This document shows positions 46,091 through 58,300 of a DNA stretch of 64,000 nt, piece by piece. This DNA comes from Alloascoidea hylecoeti (lineage: Eukaryota), in assembly GCA_001600815.1 (NCBI GenBank), contig BCKZ01000011.1, positions 289,622 to 353,621 on the forward strand. Reading direction: 5' to 3'. The position numbers and the translations under genes were made by a program. Numbering within the stretch: the stretch's first letter is position 1; each line of letters starts with the position of its first letter. The notes under the pieces were generated by a model, which worked only from the letters and a program-made list of their open reading frames with translations, was not told where the DNA came from and searched no databases.

Positions 46091-48692
46091 TTATTTATAA
46101 AAAATGAATACTACGGGAATACCATAATATTGTTTGAATTCATCAAATCGATTACAAATTTGCAATTGCAATAAATTGCAAACTTTCATGATCATGGTAT
46201 GATCCAACTAAAATTACAACCTACAGATTTTATAAAGCAAAGTACAGGGTTTCATTCCTTAATAGCCCTGAATACCCTTATGGAGAAATTAAAGTGTTTC
46301 CTGTTACTAATTGTAAATTAAAATCTGTTTCAAACTTTCAATTGTAAATTTTAAGTTTATATTTGTAATGATTCTCAGTAGATCATTTAAATAGTAGTTA
46401 ATTGTGTAACCGTTGATCAAAAAGTTAGGGGAGAAATCTATTATTATTATTATTATAATGACGATGGAATTTTGGATGTGTTTCGATTTTCAATATGGGG
46501 TTTCCAATACGAGTTCGGAAAATACGCAACTCCACAATTTTAAATCTTTCATCTTTAAATGATCTCTAATGATCGATTGTAAATATAAATGCTACACTAG
46601 GTATTCTACTAAAAGAGTGGTCAGTTACCGTATACGTGGTAGGGAATACACTAGGGTTTTTTATACATCATATATATGCATTGAAAGCTTGACATAATAT
46701 TGCAATTGAGGTACATCAGAGTAAGTCATTAAATAATACAGGCTTATTAACAATGAGACCTTTATGTCGGATTATGTAAGTGAACCATAACAGTTACCCT
46801 CCCTATCAAAGATCTAATGTAGATCAATCAGGAAGGTATGATATAATCGGGTTTGCCATAACCCGTCCATAATATTTTGATCATGAACATCCCTTGTAGG
46901 TGCCATTGAGTTTGACAAACTTATGATTGTGGCAGATGTTTCTCATTGGAAGCGTAAGGAATAAAAGAAATGAATAAAATACCTAGTATAGTTGAATCAT
47001 AGAACGGTTAGGTCAATTGTGAATGGTGATTGCGGAATATTACCGCAATCCACGTTTCAGTCCATCGGGTACGTATAAATCAGAGCATTAATTAATATTG
47101 CAACATTCTCACAGTCTGATGATCCCAAATTTTTTTTTTTTTTATGATTAAGTTCAATTAATTCCGGACTGCCTCGTACCCTATTCAATGTTTCATGTTG
47201 TTCTGTAGATAATCGTTTATCTGAACCTGGGTACCTAAACAGGTAGTACTGGTGTGAGCTTCTAAACACAAGTCAAAAATCTACTTATGATTATCTTTTT
47301 AGATATTTTATTGGATAAGAATATTAATTATCGTGTAAATCTTATAACCTTATATCGGAACATTTTTTGTGATGTTATTTAGGGGAGCCATCTAACAATT
47401 GTTTATAAATCCTCTGTTTAATCAAATGTATTTTGAGACCTTTTAAAAAGTGCCCGGCTCAGATCAAGTACTAGTGTTGCAACTGATGAAATATCAACAA
47501 CGGTTCTAATGAATATTTTGTAATGCTTACTATATCACGTTGTTGTTTAAGTATACGAGGAACATGTTAGATTGCTCCACAACTTCATCATTAGGCTCCC
47601 TTCTCCAAAATATCTTGTGTGACACTCCTTAGTGTTTGCATGGCCAATTTGATACTGGATAGCCTTTCCAATTTTATTTTCGTTTGTCCCGGATCAAATA
47701 GTAGATTTTGTTGGTGACTACCATGGATGGTGTTAGGGCTCATTTGACGATAAAAGCGGTCTTTTCTAGAATCATTGTACTGCTATTGACATTGCTGTTC
47801 CAAATTCATTTGTACTTGATTTTAGGAATAATTTTGTGGAGAGTTTAAACCCCAGAGTTTGTATTAATTGGGATGTTCATGCTGTTTATTATAATCATTT
47901 TTATCCACATATTCCCCTAATCCCCATTGTATTTTCTAGCACTTGTGCAATCTCAAAATATGAGTTGCTTTGATCCACCTTGGTAAATCATCGCAACGCG
48001 TCCATTATGTTATAGTATTGGAGAATTTTCCATAGCGCGTACACTAGCTACTGCGATGAGGGAAAAGAATCGTTTATTGATATTCTTTTTTATTTAATAT
48101 TCGCTGATCCATATATATAGTCTGGCTCTCTATTTGAGATTACCATTGATGTTCTATAACTGAGGGCTCAGTTTTTCCAGGTTCTGTAAGTTTTAAAAAA
48201 GGCTTGATTTGATTTAAGTTATTAATATTTTTATTTGCATGTCCAGCGCTAAGTGGGTGGCCTGTAAGCGAGCCATATGCACACTGCAAGTATTTGAAAA
48301 TGGCGAAATCATATTCAAACATATGACGAATATAGGACGAAATAGATGTCTTGGATATGACTATAGTTATGTTATTAAGGCAATAGAATGAAACATTGTA
48401 TCAGTCAGAGAACCAATCATTTCGTTCCACAGATTTTCAATCTAGCGAGCTGACACAAAAAAAAGCAGCGAAATATGTTCTACGATATGGCTAATTCCGA
48501 GTAGAAAAACTGTACTTCTAAATATTCTGTAATATATTTTGCCAGCATTAACGTTGGAATTAATTGAGAATATACTTGAAATTTTATTACAGTTTATAGT
48601 ACTTTATTGAAGTTCATTATAACCGTAATCACATAATTGTATTATAACGTTAACGCATAATAACTATAGGATCATAATTGATAATTATCATG

Positions 48693-48977
48693 TTAACGTC
48701 CTCCTCGACCTCCTTGGCCTCCCTGACCACCTCCTTGACCACCAAATCCACCTTGGCCTCCATGACTTCCTTGACCTCCTTGACTACCTCCATGGCCACC
48801 TCCTTGACTACCAAATCCACCTTGGCCTCCTTGACCTCCTTGACTACCACCATGGCCTCCTTGATTACCACCTTGGCTTCCTCCTTGATGACCACCTTGA
48901 CCACCGTTACCGGATCCCTGGTATTGGTTGTTGTTACGGTCGTTTTGATTACCGCGGAAAGAATCTGGTCCACCCAT
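48693..48977 (-). CDS. Small G/Q-repeat protein (zipper-less family copy D)
   Basis: 94 aa MGGPDSFRGNQNDRNNNQYQGSGN...(GGQGG/SQGG/HGG)n...GGRGGR. Confidence 0.75.
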   Translation of the reverse strand: MGGPDSFRGNQNDRNNNQYQGSGNGGQGGHQGGSQGGNQGGHGGSQGGQGGQGGFGSQGGGHGGSQGGQGSHGGQGGFGGQGGGQGGQGGRGGR

Positions 48978-49521
48978 TTTTAAAAATTTGTATAATTAAT
49001 ATGTTGTATAATTAAAACAATTATTGAAAAATCATTGGGTTGTTGAGCTCATTTATAGTCCTCGAGAAACATATTCCAATTAATAATCATATGCATATGC
49101 ATTAATACATAATATAACTAGCTAGGTCGTGGTATTATTATCCTATCATTTCGATATTAATATTGTAATATGAAAGTTAATGAAGCTAAGCCACGGATTA
49201 TTAAAGAACTTACCTCTAGAACTAAACTCTTTTTAAAGTTTACAAATTAAATTTCATATAACATATGTGTTTTATGATCTCAATTGCAGATCCAATTGCT
49301 CTTAAAACAAATGAGTTATAATTTTAAGGCAATTAACGATGATGTGATAATTATAGAAAAATTTACATTAACAATAATTGTGGATTCTCCCTTTGAATTA
49401 TATTCGATATCAATTGATTAATATTGCAATGAACGAACAACTTAATTATTAAGATAGTTCTATTCTTGTTTATGTATGTTGGATTTGAAAGTGATTGATT
49501 TTTTAAGCTAGACTTTTTTCT

Positions 49522-49628
49522 AAAATTAATTATATTATACTCATCATTATCATCAATATTGAACAAAACAAAAATTAATTATATTATACTCATCATTATC
49601 ATCAATATTGAACAAAACAAAAATTAAT
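49522..49628 (+). repeat. 49-bp perfect tandem duplication (2 copies + partial)
   Basis: AAAATTAATTATATTATACTCATCATTATCATCAATATTGAACAAAACA at 49522-49570 and 49571-49619. Confidence 0.9.
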
Positions 49629-50628
49629 AAAGCAAACAAAGCTCATCAATTGATTCATAAATCAATATATTGTCAAAACCATTATATAAAATAAAATGTA
49701 TTGCATATGGATGCGATATGGTCTGGTTCTATGTTTCCAATTAACATTGATATTCTATGAACCAGGGCTTGGTGTTTCCGGAACCTGATGTTTGATTTGT
49801 TTTAATGTCATTGTTCGTCTCCTCCTACAAGCTAGCCATGCTCCAACTATTTTCATTGATATCTATGTTCGTGTCATGTTTAAAAATAAATCAACAAAAA
49901 TAATACAATAAAGAATAAGTAGATTGAAGTGAAAGTAAATATAATATATATTAATGATGATAAATCCTACCAATACTTCTGGCTGACGTTATACATAATG
50001 CAAGTACACTATAATTTCTACATGTGGTAAGTCNTTGCATCCAAGGTGTAATATTCAAATTTTTAAGCTTTCAATATATACAGCATATAAGTAACTTTTT
50101 ATAAGAAGTATATTGAGTTCAAATCTATTATACATGTAATNACCTTCAAGTTCAGTGTCAACTATCTGATATAAATAACCATAGATCGGAAATACTANAT
50201 ATATATATATATACATGTAACTAACGAAATAATAAGTGATTCAAATGAATTAAGAGATATAACGAAGTTATAATATGTTGCTCTTATTTATATTTAAGTA
50301 ATTTATGAAATACGGTTTATTATAGCTGATGAACGAAAATAATACCAACATTCTTTATCTGCTACTAAAAATACTTAACATAAATGTGCTAGTACTATTG
50401 TTCAAATTCACATGATTATTATAGCCTAGTAATTTGGATTGAATTGATTATATTCCTATCAGACAATATATCAGACAATAGTTTAATGATTTCTTCGATT
50501 TATCTCTTATATTGATATTCCTATGACTGTAATGTAATACTAAAGCTTTCGAAAACTAAAATTTATTATAAGATATATCGGCTCAGAGCCTTAGCGGTAC
50601 TTAATATTTATAATTAAACAAACTTTAA

Positions 50629-50850
50629 TTAATTTGTCCCCTAATCCCTTTATAATTAGGCTTTATGACCATGTTCATGAGATTCTTGATGCTTATTACC
50701 TCCATAAACCCCTTGAGTTTTGTTTTGCTCTTTGTTTTGAACGGCATGTTCTTGGGATCCTTAATAGGCCCCTTCAGATTTGTGTTGGCCCTTGTTTTCA
50801 CCTTGATGGTTCTTTTGGTTATTTCCTTGTAAAGAATTTGAATAAACCAT
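50629..50850 (-). pseudogene. Decayed copy (E) of the G/Q-repeat family
   Basis: Translates MVYSNSLQGNNQKNHQGENKGQHKSEGAY*GSQEHAVQNKEQNKTQGVYGGNKHQESHEHGHKA*L*RD*GTN*. Same strand and start context (TAAAATGG) as copies C and D, with a GACTATATAAAT TATA-like element at about 50960-50970. Confidence 0.55.
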
Positions 50851-51869
50851 TTTAATAATAACTTTAAATGTTTATGATTAAGTCAGTTGTAGTCAGAAGA
50901 AAAAGAGAAAAGCTTGTATTATTTATCTAACTAAAAAGAAAAGCAAGAGATTAGTTCCATTTATATAGTCTTGTATTGATAATTTAGTACTGCTTAACTT
51001 TTAAATTTAAAATAACTTATTAATCATATAATTAATAAGATTCAGTTATTGAATATAAATATCGCAATATTTCATCTTTTAACTAATTATAAACACCAAC
51101 TAGCTAATTTAAAATGATAAAATAACGTTCTTTTAAATTGGTTTTAATTTTTTTTTTAATTGAAAGTTGTTAATCATAATGTAAATTAAGATTTATAATA
51201 TATTGTATTATATATGTTATCCAATTTCAAAATTCATTTAGATCTGATATACTGTTCATATAATTGATTTATTCTTGGTTTTGATTANTATTCGATTCAC
51301 TAATTGGTTTTGTACAGACACTAATGTATTTATAGTACATAATGTGTCTGTGTTTGTGTCTGTGTAATATTTAAATGTTATAAACAATAGTTATATATAC
51401 TAGTATTGCCGCTGTATGGGTATGCCTAAATCATAAAATATCAATTCACGCAATTTCAAGCTTGTTTATAGGTTGAGGTTAATTGTAGGTTTAAAGCTGA
51501 TCTTTAATATCGATCAATAGTCTTTTGATGATCTAATCAAACAAGAGTAAGTAAATTAATGTAAATAATACTACAAATCCAAATAAAGCCATGCTTGACT
51601 ATAGAAATATTATACTCATATGAATTATATTATATTATATTAATACTTTACTTATTTTTTCTTTTGTATACTATATTTTATGATCACTTGTTTACTGGCC
51701 AGTAATGCTCTAATTAGCCTTCCACCGTCTCAAAATGCATAAGAATACCCTACATAAAAGACAGTTATACATTTGTATATAATGACACTGACATTCTCAT
51801 ATATCATAAACTCCTTATAATTGACTAGTTTCTATTCATCTTGGCTTTGTGGCCGTATCCTCCTTGACT

Positions 51870-52319
51870 TCAGCTCCAACCTTGGATTTGCAATTTAATA
51901 CCATCATGAACAGCCCCTTGTAATTGAGTAGAACTACCTCCATAAGTATCCTGCTCATCATATCGATTTTTTGTATTATTTTCCTTTTCATACTTATTTC
52001 TACCATTGTTATTATTTTTATTATCTTTATTATCACAAGTAAACTTATTTCTATTTTGATGACCAAAAAGACCAAGTGAGGCACCAACAACAGCACATAT
52101 TGGTAGATGACCAATGAGAGCACCAATTACTCCACCGGCGATTCCACCAACTAGAGCACCCCCAATATCACGCTCATGATGATCTTCACCTTCAAGTTCA
52201 CCATTATGATTCCCGCCTTTGATGGTGGCCTCTTTCAATCGAATTTTGGTGTCGTTATATTGCAATTTGCGGCTGTCTTGATTACTACCACAGAAAGTAT
52301 TTGATTCGCTAGTACTCAT
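51870..52319 (-). CDS. Diverged ERG + glycine-zipper family copy (F), possibly truncated
   Basis: 149 aa with ERDIGGALVGGIAGGVIGALIGH...VGASLGLFGHQNRNKFT, collinear with copy A (GLFDHQIKNKLT). The in-frame read past TGA continues SQGGYGHKAKMNRN*. Confidence 0.7.
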   Translation of the reverse strand: MSTSESNTFCGSNQDSRKLQYNDTKIRLKEATIKGGNHNGELEGEDHHERDIGGALVGGIAGGVIGALIGHLPICAVVGASLGLFGHQNRNKFTCDNKDNKNNNNGRNKYEKENNTKNRYDEQDTYGGSSTQLQGAVHDGIKLQIQGWS

Positions 52320-53837
52320 TGCAATTGTATAATTTATAGTGATTATATATAAAAGATGTTAAAATCAGTTAAAGTTTAAATTTAAGTTGTAGAAAGAAAG
52401 GATAAAAATTATAGAAACCATAAATTAGATGATATCGATTAAAACGTGATCAATTTATATAGGTTACAATTAAGATTACTATACTTGTATAACAAAGAAC
52501 GAGAAATTTATACTCAACACTGAGTCAGCAGCCGTTAATTTTAATTTGATCATAATTATAATCTTATATTACAAACATATTTTGCCATAGATCAAGTTCA
52601 TATCAACATGTTTTCGAAAGTGGGGAATAATTAATTGGTATGCAAGTTACGACTATGGTATCACTAGGGTGAAATCCCCATGAGGACATAAAAACAATCA
52701 ATAACTTTTGAATGTATTCAGTGGTGCTTCTAGTTGCGATTAGTTGATTTTCTTGTGGCCTTTAAATATGGGTTGCGACTGAGACATATTCTCTAAGGTA
52801 CCTTATAGATAAAAATGGTAATTATATAAGATATTATATGCATAGTTAAGAGCACTATGTAGCATAGTACAGTTTCTAGTGTGAATTCAGTAGGAGGAAA
52901 CGTATTTGGTATATAATTACTGCACATATACATACAACTGTAAAATAGGACAAGATCTAAGCTATATTGCATAGCACCAAACTATTACTTGTAATCCGAT
53001 CGTCATTTTGCAAACAAAATTCATTCTACTTAATTATTCATAACTTATTATCTGAAACTATATGGATATTGTGAATATTTTGGACTATAACCGTACCTAT
53101 AAATCTTAAAACCGATATATCCCTACAATAAGGATATCGATGTAATTACATGTATTTATATTCTAAACCAATCTGATATATATTTTAAAGCATTATATTT
53201 GTATGTTTCTAATCATAGATATCAGCTTTTAATTCCACATTTCAATTTATTTAATTCGGATTTCGTATTAATCACATCTCACTAGTTTATCCCATTATGA
53301 AAACTTGGGGCTAGATTTCTAACAAACCTTTAAATGTCCACTTTTTCCTGACTTTCATGCTAATTCTTATAGTTTCTATTATTGATATTTTTATGGTATA
53401 TAGCCAGCTATATTATATGTGTATGCCATAGATCTATTAATTATTGTTATAAAAAGAATTGTCAATATTGTGGCTGAAAATATGTAACATCTGTAGGCAT
53501 AACTTAAGACTTAACTATTTCTGTTAATTTTAGCATTTCCAATTACAATCAAATTAAAGACAAAATTTCTACATTATTCGCTATTTTATTAACAGCCATT
53601 GAAGTAAGTAATAATGATAGTGATTTCTAAGATATTAATTTGTCAATGAATTTGGCGCCTTTTTATTTTAAATTTTCTTAGCAATAATTATATGAACTAA
53701 TAAACCATATAAGCAATACAATCATATTTTACTGATTTTATAAGTAGATATAATAATGATATAATACTAATTATATTTTTATTTAGTTAAAATTATTAGC
53801 TTATTCACTTATAGAATGTTCGGTGATATAAATAAAT

Positions 53838-54557
53838 TTAAAACTGTGGTTTCCAAAGGTGTGTGAGCACGGATCTGCAGACCATTTTGTGTTCGTTACA
53901 CAAAATCAATGTTCCAAATTTAGCACCACAATATTGACATCCATTATTCCTCTCCCACCAACAATTATAAGCTAACTGTTTGCTTGATGTCATTCTTCCT
54001 TTGAACATTTTGTCATTAATATCAGGAGTTACACCGTACCATGTAGCAGGAGCCGATTTCTTCATTGTGTTAAAGTTTATGACATGTGAAGTTGGATTAC
54101 TTATTGTTTCTTTACCTTTTCCTTTTCCTGTATTGACGGGAGTAAGTTGTTCATTTTCTTCTTCAGTTTCTTCTTCAGAACTAAAAGGTGTAAAGGACTC
54201 AACATACGGTAAAAATAATCCTCTTTTTTCCCTTTTTGAACTTTCTGATTGAGCCTGGGTTTTGTGTAATTGAAATTGGGATTGTGTTGAAACATTAGTG
54301 AGGGATTGAACTTGAACTTTGGGTTTAACGAGACATCGTTTTGATAACTCTGATCTTAGAATTTCATGCTGCTCTAGATTTGATAATTCAATTAGTACAT
54401 CATAATGTAATAGCATTCTTCTAACAAATTCAGATGATGTCGTTTTTTCCAGGTTCGTACTAAGTGATCGATTATCATGATCATCATTAGGTGCTTTTAT
54501 ATCCTCATTTTCATCATCTTCTTTCTCTTCAATTATGTCCGGAAGTTTTTGTGTCAT
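53838..54557 (-). CDS. Hypothetical protein with C-terminal CxxC...HxxxC putative zinc finger
   Basis: 239 aa ORF; acidic/disordered N-part; CQYCGAKFGTLILCNEHKMVC. Confidence 0.6.
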   Translation of the reverse strand: MTQKLPDIIEEKEDDENEDIKAPNDDHDNRSLSTNLEKTTSSEFVRRMLLHYDVLIELSNLEQHEILRSELSKRCLVKPKVQVQSLTNVSTQSQFQLHKTQAQSESSKREKRGLFLPYVESFTPFSSEEETEEENEQLTPVNTGKGKGKETISNPTSHVINFNTMKKSAPATWYGVTPDINDKMFKGRMTSSKQLAYNCWWERNNGCQYCGAKFGTLILCNEHKMVCRSVLTHLWKPQF

Positions 54558-55312
54558 CTGGTGATTTCTATTGGTTTTGTTGGTTGGCCCTTTTGTGTTA
54601 ATAATCTGGTGCTTATGATAAAACCCTATATATTGATATCAAATTAGTAACAAAGTGATAATGGGGGATATAATTGGAAACAATATTACCATACTTTATA
54701 AGTGAGGTACCGTTATGCCAGATTTATAGCGACTTGATAAAAGTGAAATTTGTAAGAATATGTTTGATCAATTGAAAAATAAAAGTAAAAGAAGAAGTGT
54801 TTAAGCGCTACATATAGGTTAGAGGTTGAAATTTACAAATTAATATTGTAAGAACTTTTCATATAATAAAAAATTATAAACATAAGAACAACATTATTGA
54901 TATTAATATCTTAAGCCTATAATATCAATGATTACGTATCATATGGTATGCCATAATGAGAGTTTTGGGAAATGAATGTGGCATCCTCAACTTAAAGTTG
55001 CAAATATAGAAGTTAAAAAAATTTATGTTAACGTTTTTACGATTCATATAATATACTATGATAAAATATATTACAATACAAAATAAAATAAGCCATATAA
55101 AGTAATTAGATAAATGAATAAAATATCATGAGAAGGAAGATATAGATAGTTTTTCTGAGTTGTGGTATTTTTTATTAATCTATTTATTTTATCATCCTAA
55201 TATGAATATTAATCATTAAATTTCCAATTTCAATTTCAATTTCAATTCCAATTCCAATTCCAATTTCAATTCCAATCTACAAATTATAAATTATAAATTT
55301 TTTATAATCAGT

Positions 55313-58300
55313 TTATAATCTTGGACTATTTTGTCTTTTAATAACACCTTCATTTTCATCATCAATAACATTTATAAAATTCTTACCCCAAACAAGAGAA
55401 ATCACATCCCAAATAGTATCAACATATTGAATATCAATATCTAATTCTTGTTTAACAAATTTTTCACCGTCCATTTCTGCAACATCACGTTTATTTTTAA
55501 TTGGAAGTAATACTTTTGTTACACCTGCTAAATGAGCACCAAGAAGTTTTTCACGAATTCCACCAACTGGTAAAATTTTACCACGTAATGTCATTTCTCC
55601 AGTCATTGCTAAATCACTTGGAACAGGTGTTTTAGTTAATAATGACAAGAGTGTCATTGTTATTGCTGAACCAGCACTTGGTCCATCTTTTGGAACAGCA
55701 CCATCTGGAACATGTAAATGGATATTAATTAATTCTAGATTTGTTTCAATTCCTAATCTTCCTAAATTGGCCTTAACAAAAGACATACTTAATTGAGCAC
55801 TTTCTTGAATAACATCACCTAATTGACCAGTTAACTTTAAGTTCCCATTACCTGGCATTGCAATTGCTTCAAATATTAAGATTCCTCCATTACCACTTCC
55901 CATGTATGCAAGACCATTAACAAGTCCCATTCTATTTCGAAGAGAAATATCAGGTTCAATTAATGTATCATCATACTTTTCCATTCCAATATATTTGTAT
56001 AAATCTTCCATAGTAACATTTCCATTATAAATTGGTGTAGAAGATGATAATGATTCAGCATATTCAACAGCTTTCCCACGACAAATACTAGCAAGTTCTC
56101 TTTCAAGATTTCTTACACCAGCTTCACGGGTATAACAGGTAGCAATTTTCATTAATGCTTCATCATCAACATTTACTAATGAATCATTTAATCCATTTAA
56201 TTTAATTTGTTTTGGTAATAAATATTGTTTTGCAATTTTAGTTTTATCAAAATATGTATAACCTTCAATTTCAATTACTTCCATACGATCATATAAAGGA
56301 GCTGCAATATCTCTTGCATAGTTAGCAGTTGCAATGAAAATAACTTGAGACAAATCAACAGGAAATCCAATATAATGATCAGTAAAAGTACTATTTTGTT
56401 CAGGATCTAAAACTTCTAACATTGCAGCTGAAGGATCACCATGAATTGATTTAGCACCACCATCATTACCACAAATTTTATCAATTTCATCTAATAAAAT
56501 AACAGGATTCATAACACCAACTTTTCTTAAACCTTGAATCATTATACCTGGCATTGCACCAACATAAGTTCTTCTATGACCACGGATTTCTGCTTCATCA
56601 CGAACACCACCAAGTGAAATACGATGGAATTTACGACCAAGAGCTGCAGCTATTGATTTAGCTAAACTGGTTTTACCAACACCTGGAGGTCCAACAAGTA
56701 ATAAAATAGGTGCTTTTGATTTAGATGGTTCTGGTTTTGGTTGAACTTTAATTATTTCAGTTTTTGATTCCTTTTCAGAAGAATCATCACTAATATCAAA
56801 AAGATTTGAATATTTAAGTAATGCTTTTGAGAAAGCAGGATCTTCTTCTTCATCTTCACTAGTTGATGCATTATTTGAATTAACATCTTTAATTGAATTT
56901 GTTTTTAATTTTTTAGAATTTTCAACTTCTTTTTCAGAATCAAAATGTTGATGTAATTGTAAAACAGCAAGATATTGTAATAATCTTTTTTTAACTTTAT
57001 CTAAACCATAATGATCATCATCTAATTGTTTTCTTGCAGATTCAATAGAAATAACATGCTCTTCTTCATTATCAGTTGAATTATTTTTAATAATTTTTGA
57101 ATTTGTTAATTCAGACCATGGAATATCCATTAAAGTTTCTAAATAATTTCTGCCAACTTGATATTCAGATTGTGATGGATTCATTCTACGTAATTTTGAA
57201 GATTCTTTTATAATTATTTTTTTACCTTCTTCAGGAATATTTAAATTTTTTAAATTTTTAACAAATTTATTAATTTGTGCAAGTTCTTCATCTTCATCTT
57301 CAATATCTGAATCAGAACCAAGTTTACCATTATTTTTTTTATTGGTTGATGATGATGATTTTTTCATTTCTGATTGTAATAAACCTAATTGTGTTCCAAT
57401 AAGGGCTCTTTTTTGAATTTCAGTTAAACCACTAAAGACATATTCAGTTGAATCAATACAAACACGTAACAAACTAATAAGATCCTCAAGATTTTCAAAC
57501 GATGTATTTAATCTATCAGTAACATCAACAGCAGCTAAAATTTTCAATTTATCCGAATATTTTAAAGGAAGAACAGTTGAAAGTAAATCAATAACACCTG
57601 TAAATCTAATTAAAGAATCTAAATTTGGTTCAACTTTAGAATCAATATCTAAATTTTTTAAAATTGAACGAAGTTTTTCTAATAATGCTTTTTGTGAAAG
57701 AAATCTAACATATAAAGAAGTTGCTAATAATGATTTATTTGAAGCTTTTAACTGTTTATAATTTGTTAAAAACTCATCAATATAACCAAATAAATCTAAT
57801 GATGAATTATAACATGATCTAACAAGGTTATATTCTAGATTACCAGTTAATGACGATTTTGTATCTAGGTATACAGTGATTTTGGCCTCTATCGGTTGCT
57901 TATCATTACCAAACCTTGTATATTCATCAACTTTAAAACGTAACATGGCTTGATAATTAACGATATATTTATTTGAACCAGCAGCTATTCTTTCAGAAAA
58001 AGAAGTGACCATAGCGATAGTTCCATATAACTATAAAATTTTGAAATCATCTGTTGTTAGTTGGTTGTAGTTATAGATGGAAAAACAATTATGTACTTAC
58101 CTGATCCGCATTATCAGCAAATTGGGATTTACCAGGTAAACATCCAAAAACCAACCATTCAAAAAGTCCTCGATTCACACCATCCTCACCAGAAAAGTTT
58201 TTAGAAGATATATCTCTTATTCTAGAACCGTTTAAACCATGTTTTCTCAAAACGATTTGTTTCCCACTTGAGCTATTAGCTTTCATTTCTGACCATATGG

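Larger units (their letters stand above)
48550..49690. repeat. ~1.1 kb duplicated segment (gene D plus flanks), paralogous to ~45070-46090
   Basis: Same ordered conserved blocks as the 45-kb copy, in direct orientation. Confidence 0.85.

Noticed and set aside
45150..48983. Overlapping ORFs around copies C and D (LDHL-, TSLT-, VKEV-rich) and 44035-44388, 51836-52126
   Set aside because: Alternative-frame and antisense readings of GGT/CAA/GGA repeats; only the Gly frame has the shared start context and family homology.
49522..49628. Tandem 49-bp repeat as a CRISPR-like array
   Set aside because: Only two adjacent copies, no spacers, eukaryotic context; a simple slippage duplication.
30940..50850. 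Stop-codon reassignment (TAA/TAG read as Gln), suggested by in-frame stops in several relics
   Set aside because: Conserved genes terminate properly at TAA/TAG and have no internal stops; decay explains the relics better.
50034..51288. Isolated N bases at 50034, 50141, 50198 and 51288
   Set aside because: Assembly ambiguity, not biology; it does lower confidence in base-level calls for relic E nearby.
55220..55276. (TTCAAT/TTCCAA)n tract, and (GGATAAT)4 at about 32069-32096
   Set aside because: Ordinary microsatellites in 3' or intergenic DNA; no evidence of telomeric or other function.
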